Shown piece after piece: positions 11,976 through 25,390 of a stretch of DNA of 64,000 nucleotides. A program made the translations under genes and the position numbers. Below the pieces are notes generated by a model that searched no databases, was not told the DNA's origin, and saw nothing but the letters and a program-made list of their open reading frames with translations. Position 1 is the first letter of the stretch; each line of letters begins with the position of its first letter. Source of the DNA: Octopus sinensis. Its lineage: Eukaryota. The stretch is taken from the NCBI RefSeq assembly GCF_006345805.1, contig NC_043003.1, positions 41,912,001-41,976,000 of the forward strand, read 5' to 3'.

Positions 11976-14698
11976 CTCTTTCGCTGTCACACACACACAT
12001 ACTAACACACTCACACACAAACAAACACAATCACACACACATGCAGACACTTATACATTAATGCATTTCTCTCGCATACCTATACTTTCTCTATCGCCCG
12101 CGGCAACTGATGTGTTGTGACAGTTTTAATACGACTGCACTATGCAGGGAAATTAACGTCAATAAGCTCTTTTCATGTGTGTATGCTTCCGTGTGTAAAT
12201 GTGTATTTGTGTGTATGTGTGTACGCCTAACTTTGTGTCAATGCGTGTGCGTATTTGTCTATGTTTGTATGCGAGGGAGGAGCCTTTTTGTTTGTGTGTA
12301 TACGATATTGTACTTGTGTGCGGCTATGTATCTTGCAGTTTTTGATCGTGTATTTATACATTTGTGTGTACGTGTGTGTATATATGCGTGTCTAAGAATC
12401 GGTTTATGTCATATACGTGCATTTTCTGCGTGTGTATGTGTGTGTTACCGTGTGTATGGCTATGTGGCTGTGTGCATGGGTATGTTGTTGTGTGTATGTG
12501 TGTGTACTTAACATGATTTGTTGCTGTAAAGCATGCTGTTTGCATCCATACATTTGAGATACCGTTGTGTGCATAGAAATGTGATTATTTGTGTGTGCGT
12601 GTGTATACATGCGTGTGTACATGAGATGTTTGATTCCGTATCTATGTTTGTATTTTATTTGTGTTTGTGTGTTTGCGTACTTGCTAAGATCTATGTGCTT
12701 CTTTTATGAATTTGATAGTATTTTATATGGGTATCTTCCTAAATTTCCCGTGTTTATGCATTTATTTGCATGTATTTGTTTGATCTGTTCATTATCATAT
12801 ATACTTTTATGGTTATGTATGCATGTATATATGGGTTTCTATTTGCAAATACGTATGTATGACTATGTGCGTATGCTTTGTAATTATTTAAGTTCGTGTT
12901 TGATTATGCGTATTTTTATTTGAATTTTGTAGAAGTGTGTCTGCGTATACATATAACAGTGATTGAGTTTTTCGAATATGTATGTTTATATACGTACATT
13001 TTTATACGTGTGGTTGGGCTTCAACTGTTTAGGGATTTATATTTGTACTCTCGTATGTATAGTAAATGCATTTAAATATTTTTCACTATGTATATATGCG
13101 TGTACTTGTATTTAATTTTCAATTTTGTGATTGCGTTGGTATTTAAGTGACAATTTAAATCATAATATATGTGAGCGCCATTTTTAAGCCCCGATCAAGA
13201 ATGAGCAGAGGGATTCATAATCATTGCTTTGGGATGGTGACTCATTCCAAATATGACTATGTTGTTTTAATTTTAGATACTGTGTTTCGAGTACAGTACC
13301 TTGCTTGTTATTTAAAACAAGATCTTCCTGTTATTATTGTGGTTATTACTGATCTTGATTTATTTTGAGGTCAATCTTAAATTAACAGAATCCCAAAATT
13401 GAATGCATTCTAGCCGTGACTAACACGTCTTGTGAAAGCTATATGTAAAGCTAGAGTATCTAATACGTCTTTTCCAAACTGAAAACATTTGAAGGCGATT
13501 TTGAGATTTAAATTAACAACTATTTCTTGAATATCGTATAGTAACTTGATACTGGAAATTCTGATGAACAGGCCTACTATCGAATGACTTCCAAGCAGAA
13601 TATTACTGTGTTTTGAGAGATATAAGTTTATGATTATATTACTAAGCTTGGGGTCTGCTTCAGAATACGATAGAGCTTCATCTTACAGATATTTCTTGCT
13701 ATGTCTAGCATCTCGAACGATAGCTACGATGATCACTTAATTGTGGTGTTAACTGTCATTTAGCTCATGGTTGATCCTAACGTCAAAACAATCCAGATTT
13801 AATATCGTTTTTTTTTTCGTTTTCCTTTTCTTTCTTTATCATAATAAACAGAGTCTAAGATTGCGTTATCATCTTATGGACAGTAGGTTATGATTTGAAT
13901 GACATTTGGCTACAGTGAGTGTCGCGGCAAAGCCATTGTAATCATAATAATAGAAGTACTTCTATTATCAAGAAGTACTTGATTCGTTAATATCAGTCAA
14001 TTCGATAAAGCATCATTTGATCAAATCTTTAAACGATTAGGTTGTTAAATGGTTAATCGATGAGGCTGTTAATCGATTAGTCTGTAAAATGATTTATTAT
14101 TTAAGACGTATGTGACCTTATGAATGACTCCGTACTCATTGAACAACTTCTTCTCGGTACTTATTGCACGTTTGCTGTAATCAGCTTCAACAGACAATTT
14201 CACATCAAGAATATTTCAAAAGAAACAGAAATTATTAGAGTCATTTCAGCTAGTATGGAAAACACCTAAAGATACATTACGATTTCATTAGACCTCCTTG
14301 ATGAACGGTGTTCACTACACTTACTGAAGACATGGTGATGAGAAAATGGCTAATTAAATGTATAAAACTGTAAATCCGTAGGCGTGGAAGTTTAACGAGT
14401 TTTACAAACACAAGAACTGCAGTAACTATGGAATAACATTTTTATACAGTTGCTTCTCTGCATAATTGCCCTAAGTTGATTTCCCTTTAACTACGTTGTT
14501 TCTTCACGCCTACACGTTTATGGTACCGTAAGTTTATTTGGTAAACCTTTCATAAGTACTTTGTCAAGTAATGTTATACAACTGAAGCTGTGAATTATTT
14601 TTCATGCTTGGCATTTTTAAGTGATTATATTAACGTTAGCATATTCAATGTAGTAAAAATGAACATAAAAAAATTAATGTCGTCACATTCAAGGTCTC

Positions 14699-14762
<64 letters not shown>

Positions 14763-15299
14763 GTGAAACATATGCGAGAGATACATGCGAAATCAAAATC
14801 GGAAAGTTTACAAACTATAAGATATAAGTAGAACAAAACAGTAAGTAGGTAAATTGATTAATTACATGTATTCCCAAATGTTTATCCAATCATGTATACA
14901 TATTAATACCCATAGTACTACATATACACCCCAATGTTTACACAACTACGTGCACTTCACAAGACACACATACACATATAGGAAAGCATGTCTCAGAAAC
15001 GAAGCACAACAATAACAAAAAAAAATTACTTCGAGCAAACACAGACAGAATGAACAATTCCTAAGTTTAAAACACCATAAAGAAACTGTGCCCGGAGATA
15101 TGTATGTCAACAAAAAAATAATAAATAAATAAATATATAAAGGTGTCTACAAGTCAGCCTTAAGAAGCTAAGTTACGAGCAATGTTTTCATTCAGAGAAC
15201 TCGGAGGCGGTGTTGTCTTAAAAAGTTAACGCTAAACAGATAGATCCGTTCCCCGATGTCAACGTCCAAGCTCGTCATGCCTCAATGATAACGAAGCAA

Positions 15300-15850
15300 A
15301 ATACACACCGGACATATTCCGTGACCCGGGTCAACAAGGGCCGAACACCCCAGTGATGACCGGACTTGGTGCGAAAAATCAGCTACTGGTTCAATTCTTC
15401 CCGAAACGCAAGACCTGGAAGCATTCCACAACCGGAATGTTCCAATAGAGTGCCATCCACGCTCATCATCAAATAACCAAAAAAAAAAAAATTAAAAATG
15501 GTCAAGGGAAGATAATAAAGAAGTTCTTAAGACATTCTATCGTGACACATATAGAGAGAAGCACCTTGAAGTATGGTCCCACATAGATGATAAGGAGCTT
15601 GCTAAGATCAGAAGAAACATTACAAAAAGAAACTACTATCTGAAATAGAGGTTGACCAAATCAAACAATCAGTGAAGCATAAAAGGAACGAAGTAGAAGC
15701 TAAAGAAGATACTACTGATGAAGGGATTTCGGACCAATCCAGATCTGAAGAAAATGCAGTAATAATAGAAAGAGTCAATGTAGTTGATAAGCAAAGTGAA
15801 ATACTTTTTGAACCAACCATAAATGCCAAGGAGAATTATAAGAGGTAAAA
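15300..15850 (+). pseudogene. 5' (N-terminal) remnant of another R4/Dong-like LINE
   Basis: From 15496: KWSREDNKEVLKTFY...W...IDDKELAKIRRNIT/KKLLSEIEVDQIK. This aligns with RWTREEYKEV...LDENKLANVRRDIFRNNRLTDSEISAIK of the 43.9 kb ORF. Confidence 0.7.
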
Positions 15851-15908
15851 TCCGCCTTGCACTTGAAGATATAATATCAGTGAATGGTGCTGATATACAA
15901 AGAATACT

Positions 15909-16280
15909 CTTTTACACTTTTACTTGTTTCAGTCATTTGACTGCGGTCATGCTGGAGCACCGCCTTTAGTCGAGCAAATTGACCCCAGGACTTATTCTTT
16001 GTAAACTTAGTACTTATTCTATCGATCTCTATGGCCGAACTGCTAAGTTACGGGAACGCAAACACACCGGGGACAAACACAGACACACAAACACACACAC
16101 ACACACATATACATATATATACGACGGGCTTCTTTCAGTTTCCGTCTACCAAATCCACTCACAAGGCTTTGGTCGGCCCGAGGCTATAGTAGAAGACACT
16201 TGCCCAAGGTGCCACGCACTATGAACCCGGAACTATGTGGTCGGTAAGCAAGCTTCTTACCACACAGCAACTCCTGCGCC
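15909..16280 (-). mobile_element. SINE family A, full-length copy
   Basis: Near-identical to 51838-52212. Other copies or fragments: 195-420, 1393-1440, 1836-2140, 17065-17610, 19430-19560, 41070-41240, 41375-41690, 51604-51735, 62760-63190. Confidence 0.9.
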
Positions 16281-18337
16281 TATTAAATATATTTAATACA
16301 AAAATACATATTAAATATATTTAATACAAAAAATTAACATATGATTATATACAAAAATGTCTGACTTACACAGAATACAAATGATATCAGGAATTAAAAA
16401 GATTGAATAAAAGTTCCCATCTTCAATATGTTTCTGTCAACAACTCTAGTGTAAAACTTCTTCCCTGAATACGGAGGCTGGTAGTATCCGATGAAGGAAT
16501 CAAGTTACAATCATTATTTTGTACCACCAAGCACCTAGAAGCAGCTGTTGGACTCGTAAAATTCTTACTCAACCCCTTTAATACGTGATATCACTTCTCT
16601 TCTGCGTAAGTGGGACCTCTTTATATGTGAACAGATGTACATGTTTTGTAATAAATGTATTTTACATACATTGTATATTCAGCTGCCTAACTTGCTTATC
16701 CTTACATTTACACCTCTAACTGAACAAGTTCAAACCCCTTCAGCACTAAGAAGTGTATTCTATACGGAGAATATCTACCTCTCATTTATAAACTATATAT
16801 ATATGTGTATGCGTGTGTATGTGTGTGTGCGCTGTGTATGTTGGTATGTCTGTATATAAGAAATATTCTACACTATTTACTCCCTCTTGGCTTTTAAATA
16901 TGTACTCACATGCCTGGGTCTTACTCACACTCTCTTTCAGCATATATGTGCGTGGAGAGAAAATAATTATACTTTTGAGAGAATAAGGGTAACAGTGACT
17001 TCGAGCAATCGGCCTGCTAGCAAAAACATCGATACATACATATTAGCATCACTAAATTCTGTTCGATATTCTTATATTTGTTTCAGTCATTTGACTGTAC
17101 CCATACTGGAGCACCGCCTTTAGTCGAACAAATCGCCCCCAGGACTTATTCTTTGTAAGCCTAATATTTATTATATCGGTCACTTTTGTTACAGCGATGT
17201 AATACACCAACATACATATATATATATTATCTTTTATTTGATGCAGTCATTAGGCTACAACCATGCTGGGGCAACGCCTTGGAGAAATTTCGTTTGAATG
17301 AATCTACCCTAGTACTTACATTTTTTAAAGCCTGTTACGCATCTATTGAAATCTTTTAATAAGCTGCGAGGTTATGGGGATGTAAATACAGACACAACGG
17401 CACACTCAAACACACACACACACACATACACACACAAATATAAAAAAATATATACGATGAGTTTCTTTCAGTTTCCGTCTACCAAAATCCATTCAGATGC
17501 CTTTCGTGGGCATCGGGCAATAGCAGAAGACACTTGCCAATGTTCCGCACAGTTGGACTGAACCTTGAACGATAGGTTGGGGAGCAAGTTTCTTACCACG
17601 CAGCCACGCCATATGTATTATATATGTTTATATATGTATATATTTATGTCTGTATGTATTATATGCATACATTCATAGAAACACACGCACATGGAAACAC
17701 ACAAAATCACACACACACACACATATTTGTATATGTATATTTGCATGCGCGTGTGTGTATATATATGTGTGTATGTGTGTGTGTGTGCTGCATGCATAAG
17801 TACATGCATCCATGCATTTATACGTGCGTATCTGTATGTGTGTCTGAATCTTTGAATGTTTGTGTTTAAATGGTTGACTGTGTTAGGAAAAATGATGCTC
17901 GTCTTATCTGACATAAAATAAGCTTGTTCCCATGTGGCTATTTGATACTGCATCAAACCAGAAGGATGATTTATATCATAGCGGATGTAACTTCCCTATT
18001 ATTTACCATCCCAAGGGCTGTCGGCTCCATGTTCTTTCACCCTTAAACCACCCTTCAGTAATATAAACTATACACTAAATGAACGTATGAAAGTGATTAC
18101 TGCGATCTCTACTCAAATTGTATGATCATACATGACGAGACAAATGTGTGAGTGTGTGTGTAAGTATGTATGTATGTATGTATGTATGTATGTATGTATG
18201 TATGTATGTATGTATGTATGTATGAATGCATGCATGTATGTATGTATGTATGTATGCATGTATTCATGTGTGTGTGTATATATATATTTATTTTTATATG
18301 TATATATATGTATGTGTATATATATGTATGTACGTAT

Positions 18338-18398
<61 letters not shown>

Positions 18399-19064
18399 AG
18401 AGAGAGAGAGATGAGATATATTGATAGATGGATGGATGGATGGATAGATAGATAGATTTTTTATTCTTTAATTTTCCATTAACTTCATTTTTTTCTTTTC
18501 GAATGCAATTTGGATTAGACCCAGTGCCTATATAGATTTGTGGCTTCATTGGTATACATTACAGAACGATTCTATAACAGGACAAAAAACGATTGCTGAT
18601 ATTTACACCAACCCACACATTCACGTACTCTCACAACCACAATTTCCACATATTTATGCATACATGTGTGTATGTGCGCGTGCGTGTGTGTGTGTGTGTG
18701 TGTGTGCGCGTGTGTGTGTGTGTGTGTGTGTCCGCGCACGCGTGTATGTGTGCGCGAATGTGTGTAATTGTGTGAATATGTTGGGTAGTATACGTTTCTG
18801 CATTTACTGCGGCTCTCTGATTTCGAATATCGCCGAAACGAAGAATATTGTAAAAGCAAGAGTGGCAGGTTATATATGTTTCGATTATTTATATTCTGAG
18901 TTTAAACGTCGCCGGAGTCAACTCGCCTTTCTTCCTTTTTCATATTTGTGTTCTCTGAAAAAAAAATGTTTATGAGTAGGTTTCATCTGATATTGAGGGT
19001 AACTTTCTCCAGTTTTTTATGTAAATCATAGATTTACGAAATATTGAATTGTTATTCCAGAGTA

Positions 19065-19342
19065 TAGCAATCCCTCGCCATATCGCGGTTCCCCTATCTC
19101 GGTTTACCAATCGCGGTTTATTATTCAAAGTTACGTCGATTCCACCGTGGTGTTATTTTGCATTTGTAATTAAACGAATATGTACAAATTATAAAAATAA
19201 CAAAAATAAATATACAGTACAGTATATTTACGTATGTTATAGAGTGCAATATATTACAGTATGTTTCTATTTCGAGGATTTTCACCTATCGCGGGGGATT
19301 GTTGAACGTAACGCCTGCGATAGTCGTGGAACTACGGCATTG
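19065..19342. mobile_element. pogo/Tigger-like MITE
   Basis: Left TA-TAGCAATCCCTCGCCATATCGCGG, internal CCTATCGCGG repeats, right GCGATAGTCGTGGAACTAC...TGTA; degenerate inverted termini. Confidence 0.6.
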
Positions 19343-19822
19343 TATTTTAATTGAAGAGGAAAACAATCAAAGTATTTGTTCACGTATGAAATGAAATGTG
19401 GCTTAATCATATATTGATGTTTTACTTATTTCAATCATTTTCTACAGCCATTCTGGGACAGCTTCCTTGAAGGATTTAATCGATCAAATCGATTCCAGTA
19501 CTTACTTTCAAGTCTGGTATTTATTGAGTTGTTCATTAGACGTACTGCCAAGTTAGGAGGCTGAAAACAACCTGACTTTGGCTTAATAGTAATGGAATAA
19601 CTTTGACTATAGATCTTTTCATTAAAACCGACCTGGGAATAAGCAACATACAACAATACATTTTATAAGTGATTGTTGGTCAGTTATAAGTTGGTGATAA
19701 TATTTATGGCAATTATTTTACAAACCTATTTCATTGCATTTTCTAGTTCTTATTGAATATGGAGATGCCATAAAATTTTATGCAATGCAGGAATATTAAG
19801 GCCGTGCTTTGTATCACTATTA

Positions 19823-19960
19823 TTGCTAAACCTCACACAAATTCCCTTAAAATATACAACTATATATCTTTTATGTTTTAATGACTGGCAGTTGCTAAAC
19901 CTCACACAAATTCCCTTAAAATATACAACTATATATCTTTTATGTTTTAATGACTGGCAG
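19823..19960. repeat. Perfect 69-bp tandem duplication
   Basis: Units start at 19823 and 19892, are identical, and are bounded by TTG microhomology. Confidence 0.95.
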
Positions 19961-20952
19961 TTGGGAATTAAAACTGACCCTGAAAACAATCTGGTTACCT
20001 TGTTTGTAACTCTAGAATGGCTTCTGATTGTAGAATAGACAGGTTTAAATATCATGATGTGCTACAATGACCACGAAATCCCGCAAATTTCAGGTTTTGT
20101 ACGTATGAGGATTTCATAAAACCACAAGACCGGTTTAATTGCTGAAGATATTGAAAATTATCACGTTGGCTCTGCAATTATTTGAATCTTATCCTTTAAA
20201 ATATCACATGATTAACTCCATCGTTTATTAACTATACCCAAGTCTCATATATCGTGGTATGTTGTCCAGTGACAAATATTGTCGATGACATTAGTTAAGT
20301 TCTGCCTGCATCACATCTACGTGTATCGCTTTGAAAAGCTTCTTTAAAGTACAATTATAATTTTGCGGCAACTGTGTAGGGAATATAACAGATGGGTTAA
20401 AACCATGCTAAGTAGTATCACTTAGCTTTGCATAATCCAATTATTACTGCTAATTCGTTCCTTGAGCTTAGTGATAGTTGAAGATAGAGGAGATAAGTCT
20501 GTAATTTTGAACATCTTTACTGCTTCCTTACTTTGGAATAATCCAATTTCTCATTTTATTCAAATTCATTCTGACTTTATCACTTCTAATGAAGCATTGT
20601 AAAGGTATATGCAACGATTTTACTTCAAGCGTGTCAGGAGAAACGTGTTGCAAACAGATGCCCTGTTACCAATTAGCAGGTACATTCTACGACAGATATT
20701 ACAACTCATTTGTATCGATGAAATTGATTGTTCTATTGTTGAGCAAATCTAACTGTGCTGTTTGAAACAAATGAAACCGTGATTAAATAGATCATTTAAT
20801 ATACATTCTAGTTTGTGAGTGTTTGCAATAAAATAGGCTCTATTTTCGCTCATATGCACAAGCAAATACACAGTTATCCATATTTATGTACGTATGTATA
20901 TATGTGTAGATACATATATATATATATGTATATATATTTATTTTATAGAAGG

Positions 20953-21003
20953 AGCTTCTACAGGACTAGAACTGTTTCATTCAAATGAAATCATCAGGAA
21001 GCT
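20953..21003 (-). ncRNA. Type I hammerhead ribozyme-like motif
   Basis: Minus strand: AGCTTC-CTGATGA-TTTCATTTGAAT-GAAA-CAG-TTCTAGTC-CTG-TA-GAAGCT. Stem I is 6 bp, the core is canonical, stem III is ACAG/CTGT and the cleavage triplet is GUA. Stem II closes with a non-canonical U-U. Confidence 0.7.
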
Positions 21004-21031
21004 TGGTGTCAAGAATAGTTTTGGCATTTAT

Positions 21032-21072
<41 letters not shown>

Positions 21073-21248
21073 TTCAGCAAGAATTTAGATTCAGATGAAT
21101 ATGGTACTTAAGTTAAAGGAACCAGAATTTGGTACGGTGTTATCCATATAAATCAAATCAAATGGGGTGATTATAATAAAATAAGCAACAAGGATATCCA
21201 AAGGTAGTGTAGTACAATCGTTCATGCTACTTCATTTAATTAAACAAG

Positions 21249-21299
<51 letters not shown>

Positions 21300-22749
21300 A
21301 TATATAATATATATATATATACATATTATATATATATGCATACATGCATGTATCAACAATATAGCTGAAATTAAATAGCTCTTGCATAGTTCCCACTCAG
21401 TAACTACTCGGAAACTTTGGGGTCAAACTGTGATTCAGGCGTTGAGTGTTTTCGAATGTGATTTTCTAATGCTAATTTTTGAGGAAACTTCCGTCATACG
21501 ATTCAATGAAATAATTCGCATCTGATCAAAAACATGAAATTTTCGGCCGAAAAGAAAAATAGAATATAAGATTGCTTTCATTTGTAAACATGATTAGCAA
21601 AATGTGCAAAAAAGTAAATTTGGTTATGTGAGGCCTTATTAACAAAGCATGCTCCTCTGATGACAAAGCTGACTGTAATCATCGTATATTGAAGCAAAAA
21701 ATTGAAGTAACGTTAATTATGAATTCTATCAATATGATGAAAGAGGAAATAATCGAAAAAAGCACGTTGTATACTATGTTAATGCTACATATAAGTTAAA
21801 ATGAATCGAATTAAACTCAAATTAAACATAAAACCTATCTATTCTAGTTTCAGTTAATCGAAGTTTTCAACTCATAGATATAATAATGCTACACAATATA
21901 AACATAAAGTGTATGCATACATGTGTGATGTTATTGCATATTTTCCAGGTTTTCATTTTCAAAACTCTCAGCCATAGCAAAAGGGCCGATTTCTAGCCTA
22001 GAAATGAAACTCTTTCATTGGTATTTAGTCAATGTGAAGAGAGTAATCTTTCTTATGCGAATGTAGGTATGTATGCTAATGTACATGCACGCATTCGTAC
22101 ATTTAGATATGCATATATGTACGTAGTCGTAGGTGTTTGCAGTGAAGTGCTGTGGCGTGGATCTTATTTTGTGCTAAATTTCAAAGAAGTTTTATATATT
22201 TTAAGGGTGCATAAGGCAGCATGTAGTGGTAATCATGTGATTAGCCATGCTATTTTTTCATTTTGTGAAATTCAACGTTTCAAAACTAGAAATAAGGTAT
22301 CTAGTCAAGTAAAACTTAAGTCAGTGATTATTGACAGAAATCTACTGCAGTAGTTTGCATGGAATAGTAACATATTATGTATCAGTAGAGCATTCATGTT
22401 TCCGTTTGTGAAAGACATTTGTAACAAGTTGAGATTTGAAGGACAATTGATTCCAACAAGTACGCATTTTATACATATTCTCAGGCACTGCTCCTTCAGT
22501 CTAGCCCGATATACTTACATATTATCGAAGTATTCTTAAAGGCACACGACAGCATTCTTCGATATTATGTGAGATTTTACATTGAAATCAAACGCGATTA
22601 TACCAACATTACGTTTCATATTTAGATAATAAAATAATGACCTTTACAGGCAACTACTTATGGTGTGGGTGATTTGCTCTGTCTAAATTCTACAGCGTCT
22701 ATATACGTTGTCTCGTATTGGTGGTTTACCTGCATCCAAACCCCGTAAT

Positions 22750-22955
22750 TGTGGAGGAACGTGGTTTAATGTTTAGGGCGTTGGATGCATGATACTGGAC
22801 CGGATGACAAAGCACTTCATTTCACGTTGCTCCAGTATACTCACCTGGCAAAAATTAGTTCTCCTGCGCCGGACCAGCGTCCCGTCCAGGTGGGGAATTT
22901 ATACGCCATGGAAACCGGGAAAGCGGCACCTAGGAACAAGCATGACTTGAGAAAC
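22750..22955 (+). mobile_element. SINE family C (degenerate)
   Basis: A-box-like GTGGTTTAATGTTTAGGGCG, central CACTTCATTTCACGTTGCTCCAGT...CACCTGGCAAAAATTAGT, and 3' GGAAACCGGGAAA...GCATGACTTGAGAA. Confidence 0.55.
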
Positions 22956-23490
22956 TACCTCAAACCCCTTAATTTGGCATCAGATATGTTGAGGTATTCC
23001 ATGCAATGTTTCAAGAAATATAACCTATAGTACAAGAGATAAATATTCGAGTTATTAATCTAGGATACACTACTATGTGTATCAATGTAAAATCACTTAG
23101 AACTGTTCTGGGAATACGGTCATGAATTAGTTTTTGTCAGACACTTATAGCTTGTCTTCCGAGCACGTATAGCCGTACACCTTTAGTAATTCTCTGACTG
23201 TGTATCACTGCTCATCAAGCCAGACATACTTAGTAATTCCTTTCCATCTAATGACATTATGCAGATTTGATCCACTCATGGATTTCTACATTTAGTTTTT
23301 AATTGATGTCTACAAAAAATAATGCGACATTCAAAGGGCGGCTGAAATCTTGTTTCCTTGTTAAACAAAGGCAGTCAACATGACTGTTCATGCGGAAAAT
23401 ATATTTGAAATTGCAATTCTTAAATACTATTTATACATATTTACACACAGGCACACACATACACGCACATATACATATACATATTATATC

Positions 23491-23525
<35 letters not shown>

Positions 23526-23529
23526 ATAT

Positions 23530-24466
23530 ACTAGCATTAATACCCGTCGTTGCCGGGTCATAGTGCTAGTGCATGTATATATGTGTATATATATATGTGT
23601 ACATATTACATATACATCTATAAATATACATCTACACATAAAATACAAAATACAAAGTTATATCTTGATATCGCTAGTGATAACAATACTCAAAATATAT
23701 AACAGACTGGAATTGTTAGCCCGTCTCTTGTAATTTCAATCAATTGTATCTTGTCCTCCCTCTTGTATAGAAGTGTGGCTACAAGTTCGAGTCAAGTACA
23801 CTCTTGCACGCTCCGTTGACTCGAACCTTGTTTCTATTGTGGCGAATTTACCGCCTCTGATTAGATACTTTTCATAGTAGCCCCAAGACACTTTTCGAAG
23901 GTGCTTTCCTCTATGTGTTCAAATCTTTTTTCTTTACATTGTATACTTTATAGACAATAGTCTTTTCTTTAATTAATTTTTTTATTATCCATCTGGACTA
24001 TTCCATTTCTGCACGCTAATTTTATTTTTGATTTATTCCCATTCATGTGAAACCACTTATTCAAGTTCAATTCATTGATGTAATTTTATATCAATTGCTA
24101 TTTTTACTTTTGTTATGTTTCGATTATATTATACTTTAGTTTGATTTTAATTATTACTTACTTCATATAATTCAATTGTTATTATTATTTTTACTGTTAA
24201 TGTGAAAGTATCTGACATAAAATAGAGAAACGTATTTGTTTCACTTTTAACACGTAATACTGAAATAGTGGAGAAGATATGATATTGCTATGGGCTCGCT
24301 CTAGGCAAGCAGTTGAACATTTATTTTGCCGATGACACTCCCCGGACCCTAAGTAAGGCATGTGTAAAATTTGAATGAAATTGGTTGTGTAGTTCTCAAG
24401 TTTTAGGGAAACACACAGACAGACAGACAGACACACACCCATTCTCAGTGTTATGTATGTATAAAG

Positions 24467-24467
<1 letters not shown>
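23530..24467 (-). mobile_element. Putative non-autonomous Helitron-like element
   Basis: The minus strand starts A|TCTTTATAC followed by (TCTG)n and ends with the hairpin ACCCG...CGGGT plus CTAG|T at 23530-23570. Joining these two ends into one element is inference. Confidence 0.45.
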
Positions 24468-24513
<46 letters not shown>

Positions 24514-24520
24514 ACATATA

Positions 24521-24710
24521 CTAGGGTAGTCTGAGAAGTCCCTGGCTTTGTATAAAAGAAATTATGTGAGAATCTGTTAATTATGATTTCATTCAACATA
24601 TTCCCCTCACACTCACACATTTATCGCACCGGTCTAAGCCCTGGAAAAGAAGGTTGGGAAGGTTGGTAATCCAACCAGACCTTTCGCTAAACCCTTACGG
24701 CGAATTACTT
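24521..24710. mobile_element. Probable mariner-type terminal remnant
   Basis: Begins TACTAGGGTAGTCTGAGAAGTCCCTG, resembling TACGAGGG-type mariner termini. No second TIR seen. Confidence 0.4.
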
Positions 24711-24764
24711 TTCAACACACCCACGTATAATATATATATATATATAAACAAACACACATATATA

Positions 24765-24804
<40 letters not shown>

Positions 24805-24827
24805 TATATATATTATAGCTATATATA

Positions 24828-25081
24828 TTGGGTTGGTGCATAATTATTGTGGTTTTTTCCAACAAAGTTTTTTCAGCAAAACAATAACAGCATGTGAGAA
24901 AACATCTTTAAATGATTATTCCAAAGCATATTCACCATCTACTTCAATAACTGCTTCCCATTTGCTTGGCAGAGACCCTCAGACCGTCACTTAAAGATGT
25001 TTTTCTTAAATATTGTTATTGTTTATTTTTTAATAATAAAATTTCTTGAAAATAATGTGCAATAATTGTGCACCAGCCCTA
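24828..25081 (-). mobile_element. Internally deleted mariner (254 bp MITE-like)
   Basis: TIRs TTGGGTTGGTGCATAATTATTG / CAATAATTGTGCACCAGCCCTA with TA flanks. The interior encodes a mariner C-terminus, LPSKWEAVIEVDGEYALE*, on minus. Confidence 0.85.
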
Positions 25082-25111
25082 TATATATGTATGTATCTAT
25101 ATGTATATATA

Positions 25112-25178
<67 letters not shown>

Positions 25179-25215
25179 AATATATATATTTATATATTAT
25201 ACATAATTATAATTA

Positions 25216-25390
25216 GGGTTCAGCAAAAAAATTTGCTTCACCATATACCGAACTTTAGAAATAGCAGCTAAAATACCTAGCTATTTCCCAGGTCTGGGAG
25301 TTTCTTCTTATAGTAGCAGAAATAGCTAGGTTCTTTAGCTGCTATTTCTAAAGTTCGGTATGTGGTGAGGCAAATTTTTTTGCTTAAACC
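25216..25390. mobile_element. Fold-back MITE, 175 bp with ~70-85-bp inverted arms
   Basis: GGGTTCAGCAAAAAAATTTGCTTCACCATATACCGAACTTTAGAAATAGCAGCTAAAATACCTAGCTATTTC pairs with 25319-25390. Both sides are flanked by TAATTATAATTA. Confidence 0.85.

Noticed and set aside
19823-19960. CRISPR-like or coding repeat interpretation of direct repeats (also 33113-33193)
   Set aside because: The units are directly adjacent with no spacers, the context is eukaryotic and there are no cas genes.
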